Position numbers and translations under genes: made by a program | From: an uncultured Gemmatimonadales bacterium | GTDB taxonomy: Bacteria; Gemmatimonadota; Gemmatimonadetes; Gemmatimonadales; Gemmatimonadaceae | Assembly (NCBI GenBank): GCA_963707505.1 | Contig: CAVPQB010000004.1 | Span: 416,001-480,000, forward strand | DNA: 64,000 nt | Direction: 5' to 3' | Notes under the pieces: model-generated | What the model saw: the letters and a program-made list of their open reading frames with translations, nothing else | Databases searched by the model: none | What the model was told of the DNA's origin: nothing | Shown: positions 28,630 through 40,881 of the stretch, piece by piece | Layout of the letters: every line of letters starts with the position of its first letter | Position numbering within the stretch: the stretch's first letter is position 1

Positions 28630-30144
28630 TTTTCGTTGTCGGAGCGGGGCCGGATCTTCCGGGTTTGCTCACCGTGCGAGGCAGGGAGCTGCTCGGCACT
28701 GCTGACGCTGTAGTGTATGACCGCCGCGCGCAGCGAAAGCTCATTCCCGGTGGCGTTGCGGGCGGTCCCGAGCGCTATTACGTCGGATCGCGCTCGAAGG
28801 GCGGGCGCCCGGCGTCCTCTGACGTAGCACAACTGCTCGTCACGCTCGCACGTCAGGAAATGCGCGTTGTGTATCTCGTGCATGGTGATCCGCTCGCGCT
28901 TGGTCGCGGAAGCGAGCTGGTCACAGCTCTGCACGATGCGAGCGTCGAATTCGAGATCATTCCTGGCGTGCCGGTCGGAAACGCGGTCGCGACGTATTCC
29001 GGAATTCCGCTGTTGTCGCCGACGATGACCTCGGCGACGATCTTTGCGAGCGGTCGGAGCGCCGCACGCGGTGGTGCGAATACTGATTGGGCCGCGATTG
29101 CAAGAATCGGAGCTACGGTCGTCGTAAGTGATGCGACCGCGGTTCTCCCGGCGCTAATTACGGGCTTTGCAGTAGCTGGCATTCCGGGCGAGATTCCGGC
29201 GGCTGCGATCGTTCACGCTGGACGCGCGTCACAGCGTGTCATCATCGCGACACTTGGGACCATCTCGAATGAGATAGTGCGTGCCGGATTATTACGCTCG
29301 GTGACCGTCGTGATCGGGTGGACGGTGCTGTTGCGCGACGAGCTTGCGTGGTTCGACAATCGCCCGCTGTTCGGCGTGCGTGTCGTATTTGCACGGTCAC
29401 GCTACGGCTCGCGTGCGGTCGCGGATCGTTTGAGCGAGCTTGGTGCGGCGGTGATTGAAGTTCCCCTTCCGCGGATCACACGCCTCGACCTGACTCAGCT
29501 GCGCGAAGAGATAGAGGCGAATCGCTGAGTACGAATGGCTCGTGTTCTCGAGTCCTGACGCGGTGAACACATTCTGGGAGCATCTCGTTCTGAGCGGCAG
29601 GGACACCCGATCTCTATCCAATGCGAAGATCGCGTGCGTCGAGCCGGCGACCGCTGCTGCCTTGCTGGATCGTGGCATAACGGTCGATGTGGTCCAGGAT
29701 CGTTTCGACCCGGTCGCGCTCACCGACGCACTGTCGGAGCGATCCGACATTCCGGGCGCATCGATGTTGTATCTCGCCGATGATGCTACCGCCGAGCCAT
29801 TCGCCCGCGACCTGGAACAGACAGGCGCGACTGTCACATCGCTCCCTCTGTATCGCGAAGTGCCAAACGAGAAAGCGTATGCACGTTTGCGCCGAGTGCT
29901 TGGCGAGCACCATTCGAGCCTGGTGGTGGCGATGTCGCCCGCAGCTGCAGAGGAGTATGTTCGTGCCGCTGGGGAACACGTGATAGGTTCGGTTCCTGCG
30001 GCCGCGTACGACGACGCGACGGCTCAGGTTCTGCGCGATGCTGGGATCGACGTCACGATCATTCCGGCAAAGCCGGGTACAGATTCCTTCGTCGAGGGAA
30101 TCCGCTCGAAATTCGGGACGGTAAGGCCGGACGTCCTGAGTTAA
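28611..30144 (+). CDS. Uroporphyrinogen-III C-methyltransferase / synthase (CobA-HemD) fusion, frameshifted near 29517
   Basis: SUMT-like N-domain (VGAGP, ADAVVYD, GDP..GRG), linker LAWFDNRPLFG, HemD domain (YEWLVFSSPDAV, ATAAAL). One extra base splits the ORF. Confidence 0.8.
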
Positions 30145-30164
30145 ACCCAAACACGGACGAGAAT

Positions 30165-32694
30165 TTGACGCACACTTTCGCGTTCAACGAAGTCGGCAGC
30201 CGTAAGCGGAGCAGCTTTGCGCCTGTGGTCAGGGCCAGCGCACTCGCGTTGGCCTTCGCTTCGTGTCGCTCGCCGAACGCGAGCTCGCCACCGTCGTCGG
30301 GTAATGCGGGAGTGCCGGAGGGGCAGGCAGTTCTTCCCACAGGGGTTCGGCTCGATCCCGCAGCCGCATCGGTATCACTCGGCTCCATGCCACTGGCAAT
30401 GACATTATCGCCAGAGGGCGACAGAGTCGTCGTGCTGCTCAACGGATGGCGGGAGCAGGGATTTCAGATTGTCGATCGGGCTTCCGGCAGGGTCGTGCAG
30501 ACTGTGTCACAAGCGGCGGCGTTTATCGGCGTGGCGTTTTCGCCTGACGGAAAAACGCTTTACGTATCGGGCGGAAATCAGGACGTGGTGTACCGCTACG
30601 CGTGGCACGATGGCACTGTGTCGTTGACTGATAGTCTGGTGCTTGCGGTCAAGTCGCCAAGGAAATCCGGCACGAGATATCCTGCCGGACTTGCGCCGTC
30701 ACGTGACGGACGATTGTTGTATGTGGCGGAGAACACAGCGGACTCGTTGGCTGTAATCGACCTCGCGAGCGGGCGCGTTGTGCAGCGCCTCGCGACCGAA
30801 CGCTATCCGTACAGCGTCGTCACCGCCCCTGACGGCACGGTGTACGTGTCGGGCTGGGGCGGGAATACGGTGTCTGTATTTCAGCCGGATGGCTCGACGT
30901 CGCTCAAGGACGCCGGACGCATGGTTGTCGATCGGCATCCATCGGCGCTGCAGCTGACTGCGGATGGATCGCGCCTGTTCGTTGCGTCCGGAAGTACAGA
31001 TCGCATCTCGGTACTCGACACGAAGAGCCGCAAGGTGATAACGCGTCTGCTCGATCCGCCACCGACGGGGCCCGCGGAGGGAAGCACACCGAATGCGCTG
31101 GCGCTTTCGAGCGACGGGACACGACTTTTCGCGGCTGAAGCAGATAACAACGCAGTTGCAATATTCGATCTGAGCGCAGAGGTAGCGGGTGTCCCGGGGG
31201 CGCATGGTGCGGATCGGCTGGTCGGGCGCATTCCCGTGGACTGGTATCCCACAGCGGTCTATGCGGCGCAGGACACGCTCATCGTGCTGAGTGGGAAGGG
31301 TCATGGCACGGCGCCCAATCGCGGACGGGCCGGATCCGCATCATCCAACGCCAAAGGGCTCACATGCCTACACGCTCGGGCAGACGTCTGGATCACTGAT
31401 GACGTTGACGCTGGCTCGCGCCGATTCGGCAACGCTCGCGCCGCTTTCGGCGCGGGTTGCTCGTGCGCAAGGTTGGGATGCGACCTCACACACCGGCAGC
31501 TCAACGACGTATCCGCCGTTCGAGCACGTGATTTACGTAATCAAGGAGAATCGTACCTACGATCAGGTGTTGGGCGATCTGCCGATCGGCGATGGAGATA
31601 CTTCACTCGTATTCTTCCCGCGAAAGGTGTCGCCCAATCATCACGCGCTGGCGGAGCGGTTCGGAGATTTCGATCGCTTCTTCACCAACGCGGAAGTAAG
31701 TGCCGACGGGCATAACTGGTCCACGGCTGCCTACGCGACTGATTATCTGGAGAAGACGGTCCCAAGCCAGTATTCCGGTCGTGGCCGGAGCTACGACTAC
31801 GAGGGAACGAACGGCGGATACGACAGCGCCGACATTCACGATGACGATGTGAGCGAGCCTGCACGGGGCTACCTGTGGGATCTCGCAGAGCGCGCGCATA
31901 TCACGCTACGCAACTATGGTGAGTTTGTCGTGCGCGACACCGCCAACGGCCGCATAGTGTACGTCGGTGACAAACCGTTTCTCGCGACCCACACCAACCC
32001 AGAGTATCCAGGCTTCGATCTGAACTTGATGGATCAGGCTCGGATCGATATCTGGCTCCGGGAGTTTGCCGGGTATGTGAAAAGTGGAGAGATGCCGCAG
32101 TTGGAGATCGTCCGGTTGCCCGACGACCATACCGCCGGGACTCGGGCCGGCTCCCGAACTCCGCGCGCGTTCATGGCCGACAATGATCTCGCACTGGGCC
32201 GCATGATCGAGGCACTGTCACGCTCACCGTTCTGGAAGAACACCGTCGTCTTTGTCGTCGAGGATGACGCGCAGAATGGTCCGGATCACGTGGACTCGCA
32301 CCGTGCGCCCGCATTTGTCGTATCTGCGTACAATCGAGGTGGTGTAATTCACCGCTGGACCAACACCACCGATGTGATCGCGACGATGAGCGAGATTCTG
32401 CACACCGGATCGCTGTCGCAGTTCGATTTCTACGGCCGGCCGTTGCACGACATATGGACATCGAAGCCAGATCTGCGCCCGTACATCGCGATCGTACCCG
32501 GTGTCGATCTGAATGAGAAAAATACGAAAGCGAGCGTCGGAGCGGCCGCGTCTGCGCGCCTCGATCTCTCGGAGGAAGACAGAGCCGACGAGAACAGCTT
32601 CAATCGCATTCTCTGGAAGGCGATCAAGGGAGAGGCCACTCCGTATCCTGGAACCGTGCGCGTCTCCGGTTTGGAATGGCGACGGGCACGATAG
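30165..32694 (+). CDS. Lipoprotein with YncE beta-propeller and phosphoesterase (alkaline phosphatase superfamily) domains, frameshifted near 31320
   Basis: Lipobox FASC and propeller repeats, then HVIYVIKENRTYDQVLGD, EVSADGHNW, DDHT, EDDAQNGPDHVDSHR. Confidence 0.85.
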
Positions 32695-32755
32695 CGTGGG
32701 AGTTACGGTGGCCGGTGTAATGTCCGTGACAGGTGAATCTGACTAGCTTGACCGC

Positions 32756-34006
32756 GTGACGACCATTACATGTGCCGTCAGGTCAATGCAGATCGCCCGC
32801 GCCATTCGGTGCGCTGGCGCGCTCGCGATCCTGAGCGTCGTTCCTGTCCTTCGGGCCCAACAGCCGCTGAGTCGTTCAGAGGCGATTCAGGCTGCGCTCG
32901 GGAAGTCCGTGCTGGTGACCGCGATAAGCGCGGATACTCTTGCGGCGTCGGCGCGGCTGAGATCGGCGCGGGAGTATCCCAATCCTTCTCTGACGATGTC
33001 CTACTCCAAGGATGCGCCGCAGAACCATTTCTCATTCGACATCCCGCTGGACCTGCCGGGAATTCGTGGTGCACGTGTTCGGGCGGCTGAAGCGGCTCGC
33101 ATCAGCGCGCGATTTGGCTTTCTTGCCGCACGCGCAGCAATAGAGCTGAACGCTGATACGATGTACACCACAGCGCAGGGTGCGGAGCTTCGCGCTGCTC
33201 TGTCGCACGCGACTGCGGTTGACGCGGCCAGGCTGTTGAGCGACACGAAGACGCGTAGAGATGCCGGCGATGCGAGCGACCTGGACGTGAACCTCGCGGA
33301 AGTATCAGCAGCGCAGGCGGCCAACGCCGCAAATGCAGATTCTCTCGAAGCAATCGATACGCGACTCGAGCTGCAGGCGGCAATGGGTCTTCGTGGCGAC
33401 ACGATCGTCGTTACGTTACGCGACTCGCTTGCGGCCCCGTCGATCCAGATCCCACCAGCCGCCTCGGATCTGACTGCGACGCCCACGGTCGCTGCAGCAA
33501 GCGCTGCGGTTACGTCCGCGCAGCAGACTCTCACCTTTCAGCGTCGCAGCGTGTTCGGCGTGCCGTCAATTCAGTTTGGAGCGGATGCGAAGGATCCGAC
33601 CGGTGCAGAGAAGGGACTGCTGCCAACGATAGGCGTTGCTCTTCCAATTCCGTTTTTTAACCGAAACGGAGGCGCGATCGAAGCGGCGCACGCCGATGTT
33701 ACACGGGCCACGGCGGAGCTCGCGATCGCACGATTAAACGCAGCCACAGAGCTTGCCCGGGCTTACCGTACACAGGCGGTCGCAGAATCGCGCATTGGGC
33801 GCGATCGCACGATCATGGATGCAGCTACCCGGAACGTATCGATGGCGGAACGCGCATATACCGCGGGAGAGATGGCGATCGGCAACATTCTCGAGACGAG
33901 GCGAGCTCAGCACGACGCGCAGGCACAGTACGTCACCGACCTCGTGGCTGCAAACGTCGCCTCAGCGCTGGTTCGCGTGCTCACTGCAAACGGAGTCACC
34001 CAATGA
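32756..34006 (+). CDS. TolC/CzcC family outer-membrane factor
   Basis: Signal peptide, YPNP, IPFFNRNGG, AYTAGE; first gene of the RND triad. Confidence 0.85.
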   Translation: MTTITCAVRSMQIARAIRCAGALAILSVVPVLRAQQPLSRSEAIQAALGKSVLVTAISADTLAASARLRSAREYPNPSLTMSYSKDAPQNHFSFDIPLDLPGIRGARVRAAEAARISARFGFLAARAAIELNADTMYTTAQGAELRAALSHATAVDAARLLSDTKTRRDAGDASDLDVNLAEVSAAQAANAANADSLEAIDTRLELQAAMGLRGDTIVVTLRDSLAAPSIQIPPAASDLTATPTVAAASAAVTSAQQTLTFQRRSVFGVPSIQFGADAKDPTGAEKGLLPTIGVALPIPFFNRNGGAIEAAHADVTRATAELAIARLNAATELARAYRTQAVAESRIGRDRTIMDAATRNVSMAERAYTAGEMAIGNILETRRAQHDAQAQYVTDLVAANVASALVRVLTANGVTQ

Positions 34007-35049
34007 TGGATCGTCGACTGCTGCTCGCGCTCGCAGCGTTGTCCGCGCTTTCGGCATGCGGAAAATCCGACACTGCCGGTGAAGCCGATGCGACTCCGGT
34101 TGTAACTGTCGAGACCGCGCAGGTAACGACGGCTGCATTCACTCCGATGGTTCGCGCCGTTGGCACCGTAGTATCCAGCCCGACGGGATACGCCGAGCTG
34201 AGTGCGCCAGCTCCATCACGGATTGCTCGCGTGCTCGTGACAGCCGGACAGACTGTGAAGTCCGGTGAAGCACTGGTCGAGCTCGACGCTGCAACGTTGC
34301 GGGCGGCCTCGACGGGCGCGGATGCGGCGCTGGCCGCGGCGCAGAGCGCTTATGATCGGGCTTCAGAGCTCGCGCAACAGGGGATCGTGGCACGCAAGAC
34401 GGTTGATCAGGCTAGCTCCGATCTCGCTCAGGCGAAAGCTGCCGCTGTCGGTGCGCATCGCACCTACGCACTGTCCACGCTGCGATCTCCGATCTCCGGT
34501 GTGGTAACGAAGATGAATGCCGTCACCGGCGCGTCCGCTGACCCAGCACAGGTACTCGTCGCGATCGCGGATCCCAGCGCGCTGCAGGTTCTTTTGCAAC
34601 TCTCGCCTGTGGACGCGGGATCGGTACGGCGCGGCGCTTCCGTCAGCTTCGCGGATAATGACACGCCTTCGGCCTCTGTGGTGGCCCGCGGTTCCGTGAT
34701 CGCAGTGGGCGCCGCAATCGACTCGGCCACGCGCGCCGTGCCGGTGCGAGTACACGTTGCATCGTCGACACGTCCGCTCAGGCTTGGGGAAACTCTCACC
34801 GGCAAGATCGCAGTCACCGGTTCCCGGAGCGCGATGTCCATCCCGTCCAACGCACTCGTTCCTGATAGTACGGGGTTCAAGGTTTACGTCGTGAAACAGG
34901 GAATCGCATATGCGACGCCGGTCGAGGTCGGCACACGCGGCGATTCGCTCGTACAGATCACCAAGGGGCTTGCGGTAGGCCAGACGGTCGTGACGACAGG
35001 CGCGTACGGCCTCGAAGACAGCAGCAAAGTCACCGTTCCCAAGCGGTAG
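34003..35049 (+). CDS. RND efflux periplasmic adaptor lipoprotein
   Basis: Lipobox LSAC; lipoyl-like GQTVKSGEAL, LRSPISGVV, GLAVGQTVV. Confidence 0.9.
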   Translation: MMDRRLLLALAALSALSACGKSDTAGEADATPVVTVETAQVTTAAFTPMVRAVGTVVSSPTGYAELSAPAPSRIARVLVTAGQTVKSGEALVELDAATLRAASTGADAALAAAQSAYDRASELAQQGIVARKTVDQASSDLAQAKAAAVGAHRTYALSTLRSPISGVVTKMNAVTGASADPAQVLVAIADPSALQVLLQLSPVDAGSVRRGASVSFADNDTPSASVVARGSVIAVGAAIDSATRAVPVRVHVASSTRPLRLGETLTGKIAVTGSRSAMSIPSNALVPDSTGFKVYVVKQGIAYATPVEVGTRGDSLVQITKGLAVGQTVVTTGAYGLEDSSKVTVPKR

Positions 35050-35055
35050 CGGACA

Positions 35056-38000
35056 GTGCGTCTTTTTGATATCCTCGCAGCGCAGCGACGCGTCATATAT
35101 CTGGTTGTCGTACTGCTGAGTGTAGGCGGTGTTTGGTTGGCTCGGTCGCTCCCCTCGGCGATCTATCCGGAATTGCTCTTCCCGCGTATCACGATCGTTG
35201 CCGAGGGCTCATCGCTGGGCGCCCGGCAGGTGGAGTTCTCGGTCACGCGTCCGTTGGAGGAGGCGGTGAGCACCGTGCCAGGTGTCACCCGCGTGACGTC
35301 CAAATCCATTCGCGGCGCCGCTGAGATATCCGTGACGTTCACGCCGGCGACAGACATGCAGTCCGCACTGCAGCTGGCACAGACGCGCGTGAGCCAGATA
35401 CGCAATACGCTCCCCAGCGATGTGAACGTCGAAGTCGCACGCCTCACCCCGTCACTGTTCCCGATTCTATCGTACAATCTGGAGGGCACCGATCCCTCCA
35501 CGTTGTACGACATCGCGCGATACCAGATCCGGCCGATCATATCCCGCGTTCCGGGTGTCGGGCGGGTGGATGTGCAGGGAAGCAGCATCCGGGAGATCGA
35601 AGTCGTAGCTGATCCATCGACTCTTGCCGCGCAAGGCCTCACGTACAACGACCTTGCGACGGCAATTCAGAATGCAATCTCGCCGGCAGCGGTAGGACGC
35701 GCTGCACGCGACTACAAGCAGTATCTGATCGTGACGGATCAGGAAGCCCACTCCGTCGCCGACGTCGGAGCTGTTGTTCTACCAAACGGCTTGCATGTTC
35801 GCGACGTGGCAACGGTACAGATGGGCGCCGAGGATCAGGTGCTGCTCGTGCGAGGCGATGGGAGGCCGGCCGCATTGCTGAACATCACGCGACAGCCCGG
35901 TGGGAACACGGTCGACATAGCAGATAGCGTTGCTTCTATCGCCGCGACGATCCGGAAGACACTTCCCCCTGGCGTGATTCTCAAGCCTGTATACGATCAG
36001 GCCGCACTCGTGCGCGAGGCTGTGACCTCCGTTCGCGACGCGATGATCATCGGTGCCGTTCTGGCCATAATAGTTCTCTTCGCATTCCTTCGACACGGAC
36101 GCATTACTGCCGTAAGTGCGACCGCCATCCCGCTTACGATGGCGATCACGGTCTTCGTCATGTCCATGATCGGGCAGACGTTCAACCTGATGACGCTGGG
36201 AGCGATGGCCATCGCTGTGGGTCTCGTCATCGATGATGCGGTAGTAATCACCGAGAACATAGCGCGACACCTTTCCTTCACACCGGACAGGCACCTCGCC
36301 ATCCGTGATGCGCTCCAGGAACTGATCCTGCCCGTCACCACATCCACGATCACCACTGTAGTTGTATTCCTGCCACTCGGCTTGCTCACGGGCGTAGTCG
36401 GGCAATTCTTCAAGGCGCTTTCGATCACGCTCACGATAGCGGTGATCGTATCGCTGTTTCTCGCCATCACGCTCATACCATTGCTCAGCGAGCAGTTCGT
36501 GCGAGCGGAGGACGCCGAGTCTGAGCGACCGGGCGCAAAAAAACGCGGCATACTGCACCACATCGGACGTGGACTGGATTCGCTCGCGGACATCTATGAG
36601 CGGTCGCTCGTCAGCGTACTGCGTCATGTCTGGATAATGATCGGAGGCGCGGTCCTGCTCGTGATTCTCGGTGTGGTCGCCGCACGCTTCACAGGAACCG
36701 GTTTCCTTCCGGAAATGGATGAGGGCGCCTTCGTACTCGACTATTTCACGCCCGGCGGAACGGCGCTGTCGGAAACCGATCGCGAGGTTCACATCGCTGA
36801 GAAGATTCTCGCGCAGACGCCCGAGATATCCGGCACTTCGCGCCGAACCGGCGCTGAGCTCGGCCTCTTCGCGACACAGCAGAATGTAGGCGATCTCGTC
36901 GCTCGTCTCGTCCCCGAATCCAAGCGGTCGCGGAGCATCTTCCAGGTGATGGATGACGTCCGCGGCAAGATCGCAACCGCCGTTCCTCGGTTGCATATCG
37001 AGTTTGTTCAGATTCTGTCGGATGTCATCAACGATCTCGCCGGTGCCGCGCGTCCCGTTGAGATCAAGCTGTTCGGGGACGACCTGAATCAGCTCGAGGC
37101 GTACGCTCGCTCGATCAGCGATCCGCTCAGCAAGGTCGCGGGAGTCGAGGACCTGTTCAATGGCGTGAGCGAGCCCAGCGCCGAGATATTACTGCATGTC
37201 GGGTCGGCGGAGTCGGCGCGCGCGGGATTCACTCCTGCGGGCGTCGGTGACGTCGTGCAAGGGGCGTTACTGGGCGTTCCTGCGGGCGAGGTACGAGCTG
37301 CTGACCGCGCCATCGGCGTTCGTGTTCGTGCACCGGACGCAGTCCGGTTCGATGCGAACAAGCTTGGAGAGCTCCCACTCGTATCAGCTTCGACGCGTAG
37401 CGCTGTCCCGTTGTCCGCGGTCGCAACTCTCACACCGACCGAGACGCGGGCCGAGCTGGATCGGGAAAATCAGCAGCAGATGATAGCGATCACGAGCGAC
37501 GTGAGCGGCCGCGCGTTGAGTGGCGTGATGACCGATGTCAAGAGCGTGCTCGCGGCACATCCGCCGCCCGCGGGTATCCGCGTTGAACTGGGCGGACAGT
37601 ACGCGGGTCAGCAGGAGGCCTTTCACGCATTGCTCCTCGTACTGTTGCTCGCCGCACTCAGCGTTACAGCGGTCATGGTGGTGCAGTTTCAGTCTTTTGT
37701 GGAGCCACTCGTAGTCCTTGTCGTAGCGCCGATCTCATTCGTGGGTGCGGTGTTCCTGCTGTTGATAACCGGCACACAGCTGAACGTATCCTCGTTCATG
37801 GGTCTCATTCTGCTGGTGGGACTGATCGTAAAGAATGGAATCATCCTACTCGACTTCACTCGTTATCGGATGGTCCATGACGATGTTCCGCTCGAGGTCG
37901 GATTGCGCGATGCCGCGCGCACACGTCTGCGCCCCATTCTCATGACTACGCTCTGCACGCTGTTCGGGTTGCTTCCGCTCGCACTGGGGCTTGGCGCCGG

Positions 38001-38176
38001 AAGCGAGCTGCAGCGTCCGCTGGCGCTCGCGGTAATCGGCGGACTGGCACTGTCCACGCCAATCACGCTTGTACATGGTGCCAAGTTTGCTCGTGCTGAT
38101 TCGGGGTCGCGAGTATCGCATCGCTCGCCCGGCGACTGAGAGGACCGTGGTGGAACCGACGGCGACCGTGTCGTAG
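35056..38176 (+). CDS. RND efflux permease (AcrB/CzcA family), small frameshift near 38070
   Basis: GLVIDDAVV, FLPEMDEG, RLRPILMT, QRPLALAVIGGL. The last TM (YMVPSLLVLI) continues in another frame to a stop at 38176. Confidence 0.92.
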
Positions 38177-38224
38177 CCGGGTACGCGCAGCCGAGAGCCT
38201 CCGGCTGCATGTTATCTTTGGTCC

Positions 38225-38767
38225 ATGATTCATTCATGGCACGATCTCCCGCCCGGAAGCAATCCTCCCGTGCAGGTTACCGCGGTCGTAGAAATACCGA
38301 CTGGAAGCCGCAACAAATACGAGCTTGACAAGGACACCGGACTCTTCCGTCTCGATCGCGTCCTGTACTCGGCGGTTTCATATCCCGGTGAATACGGTCT
38401 GATCCCGCGTACGCTGCACGAGGATGGCGATCCGCTGGACGTTCTCGTTCAGGTCGATCAGCCGACTTTTACGGGATGCCTGATCGACGTGCGGCCAATT
38501 GGCGTTCTTAAGATGCTGGATCGCGGCGAGCCTGATGACAAGATCTTCGCCGTGCCGTGGCATGACCCACGTTACGAGGAGTATTACGACATCGCACGCT
38601 TCCCCCAGGCGTATCTGAAGGAGATCGAGCATTTCTTTCTCATCTACAAGGATCTCGAGGGTCGTCGCGTCGAGATCAAGGGATGGGAAGGAAGCGACTC
38701 GGCAAAGCAGGTGATTGTCGATTCCATCGCGCGCTACGACGCGAAGTACATGCACGTCGGACCCTAA
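38225..38767 (+). CDS. ppa: Inorganic pyrophosphatase (family I)
   Basis: EIP..SRNKYE, YGLIPRT, DGDPLDV, DDKI, YKDLE. Confidence 0.96.
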   Translation: MIHSWHDLPPGSNPPVQVTAVVEIPTGSRNKYELDKDTGLFRLDRVLYSAVSYPGEYGLIPRTLHEDGDPLDVLVQVDQPTFTGCLIDVRPIGVLKMLDRGEPDDKIFAVPWHDPRYEEYYDIARFPQAYLKEIEHFFLIYKDLEGRRVEIKGWEGSDSAKQVIVDSIARYDAKYMHVGP

Positions 38768-40881
38768 GGCGTCTTCGTCATCCCGAAGATGTCCTGCATC
38801 CGCGCCGCTTTTATCACGGCAATCGCGTCGTTGCGCACCTCGCGCGCACGCGTGCTATCGCCCTGGTGGTCCAACGCGTCGCTGAGATTGAGCCCGACAA
38901 GCGTATAGTCGACAGGCGTCGGCAACGACGGTCTGTCGATCCAGTCGCCACGACGCACTATCGCCGCCGGTCCGCGATAGATTCGCCATAGTGCATCCGT
39001 TCCGCGTGTGTCCAGTACCGGTCCGGTGGAATCCGACACTGGAGTCGGCATCAATTTCTGAACGAGCCCCTCTCCGAGTATGTAGCGCTGCAGACCAAAC
39101 TGCTTCGGATACGGCGAGCCCATCGTGAAATACACCGGCCGCTCGGGAAGCGCGTCGGTAATGAGACGCAGCACGAAGACGTCCTTTCGCTCCAGATAGC
39201 CCGCTCCGATGCGTCCCTCGATTGCGCCACTCTTCAGCAACTGAGGCTCGCGCAGCTCCATGAGATCGGGAACGGAATCAGCCTGCGCCTCGGTCATTCG
39301 GAATACTGCATGTGTTGGAACTGGCCACGTGCCCGTTCGATACATCGCCGGACCGGCTGCGGCATCGTACTTGTGAATGGGCGCCCGCAGCAACTGCTCG
39401 ACGAACCAATCCATCTGAAGGTACTGATCGATGACAACGGTAACGTCCGTCCGCACGCCTTCGACGTACTGCGCGTACCAGAGTGGAAACGTATCGTTGT
39501 CGCCACCAGTGACGATCACGCCATACGGCTCGACCGAGTTGAGAATGTCGACTGCCCAATCGCGCGCGACGGTATCGTTCCGCCGCGACGCCGCGCTCCA
39601 GTTTCCGATGAGCGGGATTGCTGCGACCGCCAGCAATGCACCACCCGAGCGCGCTCGCTGCCAGATCGCGGCAACCGCTACCGCGATCCACACGCCCCAC
39701 GCGCTGAAGCTCCACAGATAGAAGTAGTCACGATCGCGTACTTCGCGCGGCACGCTGTCACCCAGCCCGGGCGCCTGGGAGTAACCGTACTTGAAGTTCA
39801 TGTAATAGACGAGCAGCACCGTCAGCGTGAACATGAGGGTCGCCCAGTAGATACACGAAGCGCCGATCCCATCGCCAGTGTACAGTTGCCCCATATATGC
39901 CCAGTCCGAACATAAGGAGCGCCATGAGCATTTGCGCGAACGGTGCAGATCCGTGTGGATCTCTCAGCCATTGCCACTTGAAGTACAGCCACCACATGCC
40001 GAGCTGCGACCCGAACGAGATCTGGCGATCCATCACTGACGGCTTGCCGTATTGAGTGCGGTTGATGTTGTCGGAGAGCCGGGTGTATGTCTTCTCGCTG
40101 AACGTGCACGACCATTCGAGCTTCGTCGTGCAACCAGTCGGTGCGCCTTCGTTCATCTCTGGCGCCTGTGCAGCGCGAATTGGCTCGAAAATGAACGGTG
40201 TCAGTCCCAACGCAAAGGCGCCGAACACTGCAAGTACGAGACGTGGCTGCAGGAACTTCCTCCACCGCTGGCTCGCGACGGTCACCACGACTGCGAGTCC
40301 GGGAGCAAGCCGGCTGGATGCACGGCGTAGCCCGCGCCCAGCAGAAACGCGATCGCGACCAGCTTCGCATCGTTCCTCGGCTTCCCGTCCCCATCGAGCC
40401 AGCTGAGCATCAATAGTGTGATGATCGCGAACAGCGCGAGCGAGATCGTGTACACTTTCTCGTTCACGACCGACTGATTCCAGACCGTGAACGCGCTCGC
40501 GCCAACGATCACGCCAGCGGCAGCGCAAAGTCTGCGGCGCAGTGTCGCCACTCCGCCACGTGCCAGCACGAAGTCGATCAGGATAAACCAGGAGCCAGCC
40601 GCGATCGCGCTGCAGAGGGCCGCGAGAATGTTGATTCGCGCCGCGTATGAAACTGGTATGGGGATCGACCCGAATGCATGCGCGATCAGAACGAACAATG
40701 GATTGCCGGGCGGGTGTGGCAGTCCGAGCACCTTCGCGGCCGCTATGTACTCGCTCGTGTCCCACATCGCCGTCGTCGGTGACAGCGTGATGAGATACAA
40801 CACGAATACACACAGTGAGGCGAGCGCGCCCCAGGCGTACGGGGGAGTTTGCGGCGCCCCCGTTCTGACCTCTCGCGTCAT
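38764..40881 (-). CDS. DUF2723 / TMEM260-like membrane glycosyltransferase, frameshifted near 40300 and 39860
   Basis: WDTSEY..LGLPHPPGNPLF, WNQSVVNEKVY, RDRDYFY and GGDNDTFPLWYAQYVEGVRTDV across three frames; multi-TM. Confidence 0.85.

Noticed and set aside
29510..29545. Selenocysteine readthrough or programmed frameshift at the TGA in cobA-hemD
   Set aside because: The downstream domain is in a different frame and there is no slippery site; one extra G explains it.
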